A program made the translations under genes and the position numbers. Source: Verrucomicrobiales bacterium (GTDB lineage Bacteria; Verrucomicrobiota; Verrucomicrobiia; Verrucomicrobiales; SLCJ01). From it: a stretch of DNA of 25,146 nt. Shown in pieces: positions 8,821 to 18,312 of this stretch. The notes under the pieces were generated by a model. The model was given only the letters and a program-made list of their open reading frames with translations, was not told the DNA's origin and searched no databases. The stretch lies in NCBI GenBank assembly GCA_046075565.1, contig JBJTQJ010000118.1, forward strand, positions 1-25,146. The letters run 5' to 3'. Position 1 is the first letter of the stretch; every line of letters begins with the position of its first letter.

Positions 8821-9777
8821 TCAAGCTCCCACCAACGCGGCGACATTGGATTCGAGTTTGACGATGTCGGCGGCGAATTTGCGGATGCCTTCGGCGGTTT
8901 TTTCGGTGGCCATCGCGTCCTCGTTCAGGAGCCAGCGGAAGGTTTTCTCGTCGCAGGGGATGCGGTCGCACGGGCTGATGGCGACGGGGTCGAGTTTGCG
9001 TTCGAGGGTGCCGTGGGTGGCATCCAGTTGGGCGAGCAGGTCGGGGGCGATGGTCAGGAGATCGCATCCGGCGAGTTCGATGATTTGTCCGGTGTTGCGA
9101 AAGCTGGCTCCCATGACTTCCGTCCGGTGTCCAAAATGTTTGTAGTAACCGAAAATGGATTGCACACTCAGCACCCCGGGGTCTTCGGTGGCGGGGTAGT
9201 CCTTGCCGGTGCTTTTCTTATACCAGTCGAGGATACGACCGACGAAAGGCGAGACGAGTTTCACGCCGGCTTCGGCGCAGGCGACAGCCTGGACGAGCGA
9301 GAACATGAGGGTCAAGTTGCAGTGGATGCCTTCTTTTTCCAGAACTTCGGCGGCGCGGATGCCTTCCCAAGTCGAGGCGATCTTGATGAGCACGCGTTCG
9401 CGGGGTGTGCCTTCTTTTTCATAGAGGCCGATGATCTGGTGCGCCTTGGCAATGGTGGCTTCGGCATCGAAAGAAAGGCGGGCATCGACTTCGGTCGAGA
9501 CACGTCCGGGCACGATGGAAAGGATTTCACGACCAAAAAGCACGAGCAGACGGTCCATGGCGGCATCAACAAGGGCGGTCCCGGCGAGACCGGTTCCTTT
9601 GCAGTCGGCGGCGGCTTTTTCCAGCAGGTGACGGTATTCGGCTTTCTGGGCGGCCTGGAGGATGAGCGAGGGGTTGGTGGTGGCATCCTGAGGGCGGTAG
9701 GCCTTCATGGATTCGAAGTCGCCGGTGTCCGCGACGACGGTGGTGAATTGTTTGAGTTGTTCGAGAAGGGTGCTCAT
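8821..9777 (-). CDS. tal: Transaldolase
   Basis: [42 protein letters not shown] (Schiff-base Lys), [22 protein letters not shown]. Start ATG 9777. Confidence 0.97.
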   Translation of the reverse strand: MSTLLEQLKQFTTVVADTGDFESMKAYRPQDATTNPSLILQAAQKAEYRHLLEKAAADCKGTGLAGTALVDAAMDRLLVLFGREILSIVPGRVSTEVDARLSFDAEATIAKAHQIIGLYEKEGTPRERVLIKIASTWEGIRAAEVLEKEGIHCNLTLMFSLVQAVACAEAGVKLVSPFVGRILDWYKKSTGKDYPATEDPGVLSVQSIFGYYKHFGHRTEVMGASFRNTGQIIELAGCDLLTIAPDLLAQLDATHGTLERKLDPVAISPCDRIPCDEKTFRWLLNEDAMATEKTAEGIRKFAADIVKLESNVAALVGA

Positions 9778-9846
9778 GCGCGGATAGTTTCGGCCTTTCC
9801 CCCGTCCTGCCAAATGAAAATCCTCATGGAACTTGTCGAAATCCGT

Positions 9847-9875
9847 TTGTCAGAGCCCGCCAAATCCGGGATAAT
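9847..9875 (+). promoter_or_regulatory. Putative sigma70 promoter of opcA (probably leaderless transcript)
   Basis: TTGTCA-N17-GATAAT, ending 6 nt before the ATG at 9882. Confidence 0.55.
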
Positions 9876-9881
9876 GGGAGC

Positions 9882-10946
9882 ATGGAAGCCGTTTCCGCCA
9901 CGACTGATTATGCCCGGCTCGGGCAGGAGGTCCCCATTTCGGGTATCGAAAAGGCATTGGCGGCACTCTGGGAAAATGACGAGGCATCAACCAAGGCGAC
10001 GCTACTGAACCTCGTCTGTTTCTCGACCAAAGCGGATTCGTTGCTGGAAAACGACCGGGTGGCGGCGGAATTGACCCGCGACCATGCCTGCCGGGTGCTG
10101 CTCATCGAAGCGACCCCGGGGGCGCAGAACCGGGCATGGATATCGGCCCACTGCCACCTCTCTGGCGGGAAAAAGTCGGTTTGTTCGGAGCAGATCGCCT
10201 TGCTGCTGTATCGGGACCGCCCGGGCTTGGCCAGAAACACCCTGCTCGGGCTGCTGCCCAGTGATTTGCCGGTCGTGCTCTGGTGGCAAGGTCCACTCGA
10301 TGATGCCTTCGAACCGGGACTTTATTCACATGTGGACCGCCTGCTGGTGAACAGCTCGGAGTGGGAATTTTCCGAAATTCCCCGGCAGTTGGCCAAACTG
10401 ATGCAAGCGCGGGAAAAAATGGGAAGACCATTCGCCATCCACGATTTGGCATGGACACGGACCTATCAATTCCGCATCGCGGTCGCGGCCCTCTTCGACC
10501 ATCCCCACGCGCAGGCTTTGATGAATGGACTCACGCGGGTCGGGATCGGCGTCGCGACCGGCTATCGTGCCTGCGGCGCTTTGCTCGCGGCGTGGATTTC
10601 GCGCTCCATGGGATGGACACCGGCGGGGGCGCTTTCCGAAGGATGGAAATTCCGCAAGGCTAACGGGGAAACGGTCGAGTTTTTCTGCGAGGAATCGGAG
10701 GAGTCGGCGCCGGTCGGGCGGCTCGAGCTGCGCGGACCAGCGGGAGCGGTTTCCATAAACCGGACCAAAGGAGACTATCATCTGTGCGCCAGCATCGAGG
10801 ACGGTGCGCGCCTGCCTCCCCTCATGTTGCCTGCTAATTCAGATAGCTTGCCGAATCTGGTCGCTGAAATGCTCTCCCGCGGCGGCAAAAATTCCCTCTA
10901 TGCGGCGGTCATGCCGGTGCTTTTGGAAATGGGAGAGAAATCCTGA
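9882..10946 (+). CDS. opcA: Glucose-6-phosphate dehydrogenase assembly protein OpcA
   Basis: IEKALAALW, ATLLNLV, HACRVLLI, AWISAHCH...VCSEQI, LLPSDLPVVLWWQG, DRLLVNS, DLAWTR: the OpcA family pattern. Confidence 0.85.
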   Translation: MEAVSATTDYARLGQEVPISGIEKALAALWENDEASTKATLLNLVCFSTKADSLLENDRVAAELTRDHACRVLLIEATPGAQNRAWISAHCHLSGGKKSVCSEQIALLLYRDRPGLARNTLLGLLPSDLPVVLWWQGPLDDAFEPGLYSHVDRLLVNSSEWEFSEIPRQLAKLMQAREKMGRPFAIHDLAWTRTYQFRIAVAALFDHPHAQALMNGLTRVGIGVATGYRACGALLAAWISRSMGWTPAGALSEGWKFRKANGETVEFFCEESEESAPVGRLELRGPAGAVSINRTKGDYHLCASIEDGARLPPLMLPANSDSLPNLVAEMLSRGGKNSLYAAVMPVLLEMGEKS

Positions 10947-10979
10947 TTTCCAGCACCCGGCAACATCATTTAACCTAGA

Positions 10980-11121
10980 AACCACCAATGGACACTAAGA
11001 AACACGAATAAGAAATTGAAAACCAGAGATTTTGGGAAGCAGCTTCACTCATCCGAAGGGTGACTAGGTCTTTCGTCATAACCTTCTGAAAATTCGTGCC
11101 CCTTCGTGTCCATTCGTGGTT
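10980..11121. repeat. Gene-less cassette bounded by 31-bp imperfect inverted arms built of 10-nt CACGAA-type units
   Basis: Left arm AACCACCAATGGACACTAAGAAACACGAATA (10980-11010) versus reverse complement of right arm AACCACGAATGGACACGAAGGGGCACGAATT (11091-11121): 25/31 match; 80-bp AT-richer interior. Confidence 0.8.
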
Positions 11122-11162
11122 CCATTTTCCTCTTTAGATTTAAATGCCGGTAAGGGAACCGA

Positions 11163-12428
11163 TCAGAACCCACGACGACCGCCACCGGGTGGCCCGCCGC
11201 GGCCGCGATCCCATTCTGGCGGGTTGGCGATGCTTTGCACGGCTTCTTCCGAGAGTCCGGAAGATTGCGCCCAAGCGTTGGCGGCGGCGGCATCCTGACG
11301 GTGCCACTCCTGAGCAGTGCGCACCATGGCACGTTCCCGGCGCTCGGGGTCGTTGATGCTGGCGGCCCAAGTCACCGCGGATTTCGGATCCTCTCGCACG
11401 ATAATGCGTGCAAAATCCTGCACGGCCCCGTCCTTGGCTTCAGAGGCGGGCATGGCAGCGAGATAAGCCGAAGTGGCGGTGGGATCGACCCTAGCCCAGG
11501 CTTGGATGCCTTCTTCCAACGCATTCTCCTGCGCTCGCCCCTGCGGCAAGGCCATGGCCCATTCAATCGCATCTTTCGGGTTTTTGTTGGCCATCTGCCC
11601 GGCGACCTGTTCCACCGTGCCGGCGAGCAACCCGGGTTCGACATTTCCGGAGCTAATCATGTCGTCGAGCCATTTGCGGGTGGCATCCAAACCGACATCT
11701 TTCATCTGCTGACGCCCAATGGCGTCGTAAAACTGTCCCTTGAGTTCCGAGTCGGTCTCGGCGGCAGCCATTTCGCTGGCCATGGCCACATCTTTCTGCA
11801 CGATGCCCTCGAACAGCCCCCGGGCCATGATGTTTTTATCGAAGCCACTGGCGTCCCGGGTGCGGAACCACTCCATGGCGGTCTTCGGGTCTTGGCTCGC
11901 CCATCCCGCCAGGACGGAAGAGGTCACGAAACTCTGTCCCCGCCCACCAATTTCGGAGGCGTAAGCCATGGCCTTTTCGGGATCCATCTTTCCCCATGAG
12001 TAGGTCAGGAGCCCCATATCGCGGTAGTTCGACGGGTCCAAGCCCCCCTCGCGCATGGCTTCGACGGCGGCCTCGATGTTTTCCGGATTGAGCTTTTCGA
12101 GCAACTCGGCGAAAAGACGGTTCCGCTTGATGGGGTCGATTTCCCGCATGATGGCGGCCACGGTCGCTCTCATGGCCTCGGAGCCAAGGGGACCGGCGGG
12201 TAATTCGCCGAGCACGGTGGCCGAGGGTTGCGCGGGGACAGGGGCGGCAACGGAAGATTTGCCATCTCCCGCCTTCCACGGGGAGGTGCCATTCGTGGTC
12301 TCGATTCTGGTGGAAGTTGCCGGAGCACCGACCGCCTGCTTGGATTGACCAAAATGAAGCCCTCCGGCAAAGGCCCCGACGGCCAAAACACCCCAGACGG
12401 CGTGGACAAGGAGAAATGAGTTTTTCAT
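11163..12428 (-). CDS. Membrane-anchored alpha-helical repeat protein of unknown function
   Basis: N-terminal TM (AVWGVLAVGAFAGG), low-complexity linker, recurring W...DP..A..W/Y units (WGKMDPEKAMAY, WASQDPKTAMEW, WARVDPTATSAY, REDPKSAVTW, WHRQDAAAANAW), RG-rich tail. Start ATG 12428. Confidence 0.75.
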   Translation of the reverse strand: MKNSFLLVHAVWGVLAVGAFAGGLHFGQSKQAVGAPATSTRIETTNGTSPWKAGDGKSSVAAPVPAQPSATVLGELPAGPLGSEAMRATVAAIMREIDPIKRNRLFAELLEKLNPENIEAAVEAMREGGLDPSNYRDMGLLTYSWGKMDPEKAMAYASEIGGRGQSFVTSSVLAGWASQDPKTAMEWFRTRDASGFDKNIMARGLFEGIVQKDVAMASEMAAAETDSELKGQFYDAIGRQQMKDVGLDATRKWLDDMISSGNVEPGLLAGTVEQVAGQMANKNPKDAIEWAMALPQGRAQENALEEGIQAWARVDPTATSAYLAAMPASEAKDGAVQDFARIIVREDPKSAVTWAASINDPERRERAMVRTAQEWHRQDAAAANAWAQSSGLSEEAVQSIANPPEWDRGRGGPPGGGRRGF

Positions 12429-12632
12429 GGCGTGGGACAATTCGCCCGAATTTCCGAAGATTCAACCACCAGCGTCCGGCGGGGTTTCCCAAAAAAAGAG
12501 AAATCGGGAGTGAGAACCGGCGCTTGTCGGACGTAATCACACTCCAATCTACAACAGAAACGGGCTTTCCCGCGACAAATTCTCGACAAATCCCTCCCCG
12601 AACTGCATGTTTCGGGACTAGTTACCACCCAA

Positions 12633-14870
12633 ATGTTCATTCCGCGCTCCCCTGCCGTCCTCTGCGCCCTCGTTCTCTCCTGTTCGGGCACCCTGGTGAC
12701 CGCCGACACCGACTTCAATCGTGTGGGCCAGGTGGCCTCCACCATGCTGCGGAACCAGCATTTCAACAAACAGCCCTGGGACGCCAATCTCTCGGCCCGG
12801 CTTCTCGACATGTATTTGGAGACCCTTGATTTCCAGAAACTTTACCTGACCCAGGAGGATGTGGACGACCTGACGAAAAAGCACGCGGGCACGCTCTATC
12901 TGGAACTCCAGAACGGCGACTATCTGGAAACCGCCAAAGGCATCTTCGCCCTCTACCTGAAACGGGTGGAGGATCGCCACCAATGGATTGATAGCCATTT
13001 GAAGTCTGACGACTTCACTTTCGACACCGAACGCACCGTGGAGATCTCCCGTGAGAAATCCCCATGGCCGAAAAACGCCGCCGATGCGGACAGCATCTGG
13101 ACAGCCCGCCTCGAGGAAAACCTGTTGCGGGAGCGCCTGCGGGCCGATGAGATCGCAACCAAGATCAAGGAGAATCCGGAGAAAGCCAAGGACTTCAAGG
13201 TCGAGGATCCCAAAGCCACGGTGGAAAAAATCCTCAAACGCTACAAGCGCGTGCTGGAAAATGTCCGCGAGACGGACGCGGAAGAAGTGGCCGACCTCTT
13301 TCTCTCGGCCCTCACCGCCAGCTACGATCCCCACACCGACTACATGTCGTATTCCGAAGACGAACAATTCCGGACGAGCATGAACAATTCCCTCATCGGC
13401 ATCGGCGCCCTGCTGCGCTCCGACGACGACGGGACGACAAAAATCGAAGGAATCGTGCAGGGCGGTCCGGCTGACAAATCCGGGGAACTCCAGCTCGATG
13501 ACCGCGTCATCGGGGTGGATCCGAAAAACTCCGGAGAGATCGTCGACATCGTTTACATGAAGATCAATAAAGTGGTGGAAATGATTCGCGGAGAGGAAGG
13601 CACCGATGTGCGGTTGAAGATCATCCCCGCCGCCGCGCCGGCCACCACCCGCGAGATCGTCATCAAACGCGAGAAGGTGGAACTGAAGGACCAACTCGCC
13701 AACGGCCAAATTATCAAGCGCAAGAAGGCGGATGGTTCCGTGGTGAAACTCGGCTGGCTTGAAGTTCCGTCGTTCTATGCCGATCTTCAAACAGGCAAAA
13801 CGGGACTCACCCGGGATGTCCGCAAAATCCTCGAGCGCATGCAACGCGAAGGCATCGACGGCTTGGTCATCAATCTCCGCGGCAATGGCGGTGGCTCGCT
13901 GGACGAGGCCATCAGTCTCACCGGCCTCTTCATCAAAGCCGGACCCGTGGTGCAGGTGAAGGATGACAAAAAACGCGTCGAAGTGAAGTCCAGCCGCGCG
14001 CCCGAACCCATGTATACCGGGCCGCTGGTCGTGCTGACCGACAAGACGAGCGCGTCGGCAAGCGAGATCTTCGCCGCCGCCCTCCAGGATTACCAACGCG
14101 CGGTGATTGTCGGCGATTCCTCGACGTTCGGCAAAGGCACCGTGCAGTCGGTTGTTCCGGTGGGCCGGGCTATGCCACTCTTCGCCGACACCGAACGCGC
14201 GGGCGCCCTGAAGGTCACGACCCAGAAGTTCTATCGTATCGCCGGGGGCTCGACCCAACTCCGCGGCGTGATTCCCGACATCATCCTGCCCTCCCGTTTC
14301 GATGCCCTCAAAATCGGCGAGGCCATGCTCAAATTCCCCCTGCCCTACGATACCATCGACCAGCAAAACTATGAGACTTTCGACAAGAGCAGTCTTCATC
14401 TGGACGAGTTGCGCCGCCGGAGCACGGAGCGCGTGACTACGGATCCGGAATACGGCTACATCAAGCAGGACGTCGCCATGTTGAGCGAACAGATCGAAAA
14501 GAATGCCCTTTCCTTGAACCTCGCAGCCCGCAATACCGAACGCGCGGAAAACGAAAAACGTGAGAAGGATCGGAATACCGCGCGCACGCCCGCCTTTGAC
14601 GAGATCCGTAAATCCGAAGCCCCGCTCACCACTATCTACAAGCTCACCCTCGACAACTTGGCTGGCCCGCTCGAGGAGCAAAAGGACTTCTCGGAAAAAG
14701 ACGGAACGATGCGCCGCTCGGAATCGGATGAAGATGGGGAAAGCATCGACACCACCAAGGCTCCGGAGTTCCCCTTCGGCTTTGATCCGATGAAACGCGA
14801 GGGCGTGCGGATTGCAAGTGACCTCGTGGAGATCTCGGCGAAGAAACCCGCAACGGTGCAGGTTCCCTGA
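12633..14870 (+). CDS. prc: Carboxy-terminal processing (tail-specific) protease, S41 family
   Basis: Signal peptide, YDPHTDY, PDZ GIGA, NLRGNGGGSL, SASASEIFAAALQDY (catalytic Ser), TFGKGTVQ (catalytic Lys), KFYRIAGGSTQLRGV.PDI. Confidence 0.95.
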   Translation: MFIPRSPAVLCALVLSCSGTLVTADTDFNRVGQVASTMLRNQHFNKQPWDANLSARLLDMYLETLDFQKLYLTQEDVDDLTKKHAGTLYLELQNGDYLETAKGIFALYLKRVEDRHQWIDSHLKSDDFTFDTERTVEISREKSPWPKNAADADSIWTARLEENLLRERLRADEIATKIKENPEKAKDFKVEDPKATVEKILKRYKRVLENVRETDAEEVADLFLSALTASYDPHTDYMSYSEDEQFRTSMNNSLIGIGALLRSDDDGTTKIEGIVQGGPADKSGELQLDDRVIGVDPKNSGEIVDIVYMKINKVVEMIRGEEGTDVRLKIIPAAAPATTREIVIKREKVELKDQLANGQIIKRKKADGSVVKLGWLEVPSFYADLQTGKTGLTRDVRKILERMQREGIDGLVINLRGNGGGSLDEAISLTGLFIKAGPVVQVKDDKKRVEVKSSRAPEPMYTGPLVVLTDKTSASASEIFAAALQDYQRAVIVGDSSTFGKGTVQSVVPVGRAMPLFADTERAGALKVTTQKFYRIAGGSTQLRGVIPDIILPSRFDALKIGEAMLKFPLPYDTIDQQNYETFDKSSLHLDELRRRSTERVTTDPEYGYIKQDVAMLSEQIEKNALSLNLAARNTERAENEKREKDRNTARTPAFDEIRKSEAPLTTIYKLTLDNLAGPLEEQKDFSEKDGTMRRSESDEDGESIDTTKAPEFPFGFDPMKREGVRIASDLVEISAKKPATVQVP

Positions 14871-15057
14871 ACGGGACCAGAGATCAATGCAGGGGTTGGA
14901 GTTCGGGCTTTACCCGCATCTCTCACACCTTCCGTGACGAGGCGCAGGGCTTTCCCGGTCTGGCAATGCCGCCACGGCGTGAAAGAACAAGCCGCGATAG
15001 AACGGGTGGAGTGTCAGAATTGCGGTCGAGGCTCACACGATGCTCTCGAGTGAAAAC

Positions 15058-15091
15058 AAAAAACCCGGGTCCTCGCGGACCCGGGTTTTTT
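15058..15091. terminator. Bidirectional intrinsic terminator between prc and ahcY
   Basis: AAAAAA CCCGGGTCC TCGC GGACCCGGG TTTTTT: perfect 9-bp GC stem with A and T tracts on either side. Confidence 0.9.
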
Positions 15092-15121
15092 GATAGATTG
15101 GGTTGGATACCAACCGATAGC

Positions 15122-16534
15122 TCAATACCGGTAGTGGTCGGCCTTGTAGGGACCTTCCACGGACACGCCGATGTAGTCGGCTTGATCCGGGGTGAGTTGG
15201 GTCAGTTTGGCTCCGATCTTCTCGAGGTGGAGGCGGGCGACTTCTTCGTCCAGATACTTCGGCAACACCATAACCTGGCCGGCCGTGTATTTGTCCTTGT
15301 TCTTCCAGAGGTCGATTTGCGCGAGCGTCTGGTTGGTGAACGAGTTCGACATGACGAAGCTCGGGTGGCCGGTGGCGCAACCGAGATTGACCAATCGGCC
15401 TTCCGCGAGCATGTAGAGACTATTGCCGGCCGGGAAGGTGTATTTGTCCACCTGAGCCTTGATGTTGAGTCTCTTCACACCGGGGGCCGCATTGAGCAGG
15501 TCGATTTGGATCTCGTTGTCGAAGTGGCCGATGTTGCAAACAATGGCTTGGTCCTTCATTTTCTCCATGTGCGCAAGGCGGATGATGTCCTTGTTACCGG
15601 TGGTGGTGACGTAGATGTCGGCCCAACCGAGGGTATCCTCGACGGTGAGCACGCGATAGCCTTCCATGGCGGCCTGGAGGGCGCAAATCGGGTCGATTTC
15701 CGTGACCACAACCTGGGCACCGGAGCCGCGCAGGGCTTGGGCGCAACCTTTGCCGACATCGCCGTAGCCGCAGACCACCGCGACCTTGCCGGAGATCATG
15801 ACGTCGGTAGCGCGTTTGATGCCATCGAGCAATGATTCGCGGCAACCGTAGAGGTTATCGAATTTCGACTTCGTCACCGAATCATTCACGTTGATCGCGG
15901 GCACGAGCAGGGTGCCGGCTTTCGCCATTTGATAGAGGCGGTGCACACCGGTGGTCGTTTCTTCGGAGACACCCTTCCATTCCTTGACGATCTCATGGAA
16001 AATGCCCGGCTTCTCCGCATGGATGCTCTTGAGCAAGTCCTTGATCACTTGTTCCTCGTGGCTGCCGGAGGGGGTATTGACCCAGTCGCAACCATTCTCG
16101 AGTTCATAACCCTTGTGGATAAGCAGCGTGGCGTCACCACCGTCATCGACGATGAGTTGTGGACCAAGACCCTGCGGATTGAGAAGGGCTTTCCAGGTGC
16201 ACCACCAGTATTCTTCGAGGGTCTCGCCCTTCCAGGCATAGACGGGAATCTCGCGGGCGGCGATCGCGGCAGCGGCATGATCTTGGGTCGAGAAAATGTT
16301 GCAACTCACCCAGCGCACTTCGGCGCCGAGATCGGCCAGCGTCTCGATGAGCACGGCCGTCTGGATGGTCATGTGCAAGGAACCCATGATGCGGACGCCC
16401 GCCAGGGGTTTCTCTTTTCCGTATTTGGCACGGGTGGCCATGAGACCGGGCATTTCATGCTCGGCGATGTCGATTTCCTTGCGGCCGAAATCAGCCAAGG
16501 AGATGTCGCGGACTTTATAGTCGGTAAAACTCAT
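15122..16534 (-). CDS. ahcY: Adenosylhomocysteinase (SAH hydrolase)
   Basis: [81 protein letters not shown]-terminal HYRY. Confidence 0.98.
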   Translation of the reverse strand: MSFTDYKVRDISLADFGRKEIDIAEHEMPGLMATRAKYGKEKPLAGVRIMGSLHMTIQTAVLIETLADLGAEVRWVSCNIFSTQDHAAAAIAAREIPVYAWKGETLEEYWWCTWKALLNPQGLGPQLIVDDGGDATLLIHKGYELENGCDWVNTPSGSHEEQVIKDLLKSIHAEKPGIFHEIVKEWKGVSEETTTGVHRLYQMAKAGTLLVPAINVNDSVTKSKFDNLYGCRESLLDGIKRATDVMISGKVAVVCGYGDVGKGCAQALRGSGAQVVVTEIDPICALQAAMEGYRVLTVEDTLGWADIYVTTTGNKDIIRLAHMEKMKDQAIVCNIGHFDNEIQIDLLNAAPGVKRLNIKAQVDKYTFPAGNSLYMLAEGRLVNLGCATGHPSFVMSNSFTNQTLAQIDLWKNKDKYTAGQVMVLPKYLDEEVARLHLEKIGAKLTQLTPDQADYIGVSVEGPYKADHYRY

Positions 16535-16578
16535 TTTCGTTAGGTGGTGGTTGTTGTTGGTTTGGGTAGGAGAGAGGG

Positions 16579-16610
16579 AGACAGAAGATATTGAGACAGA
16601 AGACAGAAGA
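16579..16610. repeat. AGACAGA heptamer array, downstream arm of the four-helix-bundle cassette
   Basis: AGACAGAAGATATTGAGACAGAAGACAGAAGA, directly abutting the stop codon at 16611-16613. Confidence 0.85.
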
Positions 16611-16988
16611 TTAGAAGAACCAGCTGAACAGCGCGTTCACGATGCGGGGACGCAAGTGCTTACGCAATCCTTCGATCATTGAGGAAATCTCTTTCACCTC
16701 GGCGACCATTGGCATGGCATCGGCTTCCGTGAAAAGGTTCGCTCGCAATCCCATATAGATTTGCGTGCGCAACTCACCGGCGGAGCCTTTGGCGATGGAA
16801 AGAAACCTCCGGAACTCACGGTTGCTATCGCGATCCGCTCCCTCGGCAATGTTGCTGGGAATGGAAATACACGAGCGGATCATCTGATCCTTCAATCCGA
16901 AAAGCTTGATGGACTCAACCATCAAAAGCACGTCCACCGCAAGGCGGGATGATCGCTTCCATACTTCAAGCTCTTCGAAATTGTGCAT
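16611..16988 (-). CDS. Four-helix-bundle protein (23S rRNA intervening-sequence protein / Avd-like family)
   Basis: [47 protein letters not shown] family signature; 125 aa; GGAG 4-7 nt before the ATG. Confidence 0.93.
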   Translation of the reverse strand: MHNFEELEVWKRSSRLAVDVLLMVESIKLFGLKDQMIRSCISIPSNIAEGADRDSNREFRRFLSIAKGSAGELRTQIYMGLRANLFTEADAMPMVAEVKEISSMIEGLRKHLRPRIVNALFSWFF

Positions 16989-16997
16989 GGACTCCGG

Positions 16998-17037
16998 TCT
17001 TCTGTCTTCAAGTCTTCCGTCTAAAAGTCTTGTGTCT
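16998..17037. repeat. TCTTCTG/AGACAGA-type array, upstream arm of the four-helix-bundle cassette (inverted relative to 16579-16610)
   Basis: TCTTCTGTCTTCAAGTCTTCCGTCTAAAAGTCTTGTGTCT; begins 1 nt after the metK stop on the minus strand. Confidence 0.8.
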
Positions 17038-17038
17038 A

Positions 17039-18238
17039 TTATTTGACCGCCTTCTTGAGCGCGGCCGCCTTGTCGGTCGCTTCCCAGGTCAATTCGGCGT
17101 CGTCTTTTCCGAAGTGGCCGTAGTTGGTGGACTTCGAGTAGATGGGGCGCAGCAGCTTGAGTTGGGTGACGATATCGGCGGGTTTGAAGGAGAAGACCTT
17201 GAGGATGGCGGCGAGGATTTTCTCGTCGGAAACGGTGCCGGTGCCGAAGCTGTCAACATGCACGCTCACCGGCTTCGGATGGCCGATGGCGTAGGCGAAC
17301 TGGATCTCGCACTTCGAAGCGAGGCCCGCCGCGACAACGTTCTTGGCAACCCATCGGCCCATGTAGGCGGCCGAGCGGTCAACCTTCGACGGATCCTTGC
17401 CGGAAAAGGCTCCACCACCGTGGCGACCCATGCCACCGTAGGTATCGACGATGATCTTGCGTCCCGTGAGGCCGCTATCCCCTTGGGGACCACCGACGAC
17501 GAACTTGCCGGTCGGGTTGATGAGATACTCGGTGTCTTTGGTCAGCATGGACTTCGGAAGCACCTTCTTGATCACCTGCTCGATGCAGAATTTTTCGATT
17601 TCGGCGTGCGAGACATCGGCCGCGTGCTGGGTCGAGATAACCACGTTCACGATGCGCGTGGGCTTGCCGTTCTTGTATTCGACGGACACCTGGCTCTTGG
17701 CGTCGGGACGCAGCCACTTGGCCTTCTTGCCTTCCTTGCGGATGCGCGTCAACTCGCGACCGAGGCGGTGCGCATACATGATCGGAGCCGGCATGAGTTC
17801 CGGGGTTTCATCACAAGCGTAACCGAACATGATACCTTGGTCGCCTGCGCCTTGTTCGGCGTGCTTCTTGCCCTCGGCCTTGCGCGCATCCACGCCCTGG
17901 GCGATATCCGGCGACTGGGTGGTGAGGTAGTTGTTGATGAAAATCTGGTCGGCGTGGAAGACATCGTCGTTGTTCACGTAACCGATACCACGGACCGCTT
18001 CACGGATGATCGACTCGATATTGATAGCCGAACCGATTGGTTTGGTGCCGATTTTCGGGATGGTGATTTCGCCACCCACGACCACGACGTTGCTTTTGAC
18101 GAAGGTTTCGCAGGCGACCCGGCTTTTCGGATCAACCGCCAGGCAGGCGTCCAGAATGGCATCGGAGATGGTATCGGCGACTTTGTCGGGGTGGCCTTCG
18201 CCCACCGACTCGGAGGAGAAAATATAGGAACGGGACAT
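17039..18238 (-). CDS. metK: S-adenosylmethionine synthetase
   Basis: [88 protein letters not shown]. Confidence 0.98.
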   Translation of the reverse strand: MSRSYIFSSESVGEGHPDKVADTISDAILDACLAVDPKSRVACETFVKSNVVVVGGEITIPKIGTKPIGSAINIESIIREAVRGIGYVNNDDVFHADQIFINNYLTTQSPDIAQGVDARKAEGKKHAEQGAGDQGIMFGYACDETPELMPAPIMYAHRLGRELTRIRKEGKKAKWLRPDAKSQVSVEYKNGKPTRIVNVVISTQHAADVSHAEIEKFCIEQVIKKVLPKSMLTKDTEYLINPTGKFVVGGPQGDSGLTGRKIIVDTYGGMGRHGGGAFSGKDPSKVDRSAAYMGRWVAKNVVAAGLASKCEIQFAYAIGHPKPVSVHVDSFGTGTVSDEKILAAILKVFSFKPADIVTQLKLLRPIYSKSTNYGHFGKDDAELTWEATDKAAALKKAVK

Positions 18239-18263
18239 GATTTGGATCAGTATTGATTTGCTT

Positions 18264-18291
18264 GTATCAACGCATCACGATACGTTGATAT
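18264..18291. promoter_or_regulatory. Palindromic operator, candidate binding site for the adjacent ArsR-methyltransferase regulator
   Basis: TATCAACGCATCACGATACGTTGATA (18265-18290) is a near-perfect 26-bp palindrome in the 74-bp divergent gap; it holds two overlapping ATC-N10-GAT boxes. Confidence 0.7.
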
Positions 18292-18312
18292 TAAACTTTA
18301 CCCCGACTGGTC

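Noticed and set aside
12618-14681. 687-aa ORF antisense to prc
   Set aside because: Shadow frame expected from GC3-biased codon usage; no recognisable motifs; lies almost wholly opposite a well-supported gene.
14871-15057. Possible ncRNA in the prc-ahcY gap
   Set aside because: No tRNA, SRP, tmRNA, RNase P or 6S features recognised and no strong stems beyond the terminator.
16611-16988. Diversity-generating retroelement or 23S rRNA intervening sequence suggested by the Avd/IVS-like protein
   Set aside because: No reverse transcriptase, template/variable repeat pair or rRNA sequence in the window.
16949-18256. 435-aa ORF antisense to metK (likewise 9013-10008 opposite tal, 14966-15835 opposite ahcY, 19651-20694 opposite the channel)
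   Set aside because: Antisense mirror ORFs of conserved genes with no independent coding evidence.
18239-18312. SAM or SAH riboswitch upstream of metK or ahcY
   Set aside because: Both gaps are only about 75 bp and are occupied by an operator palindrome or a heptamer array; no riboswitch consensus recognised.
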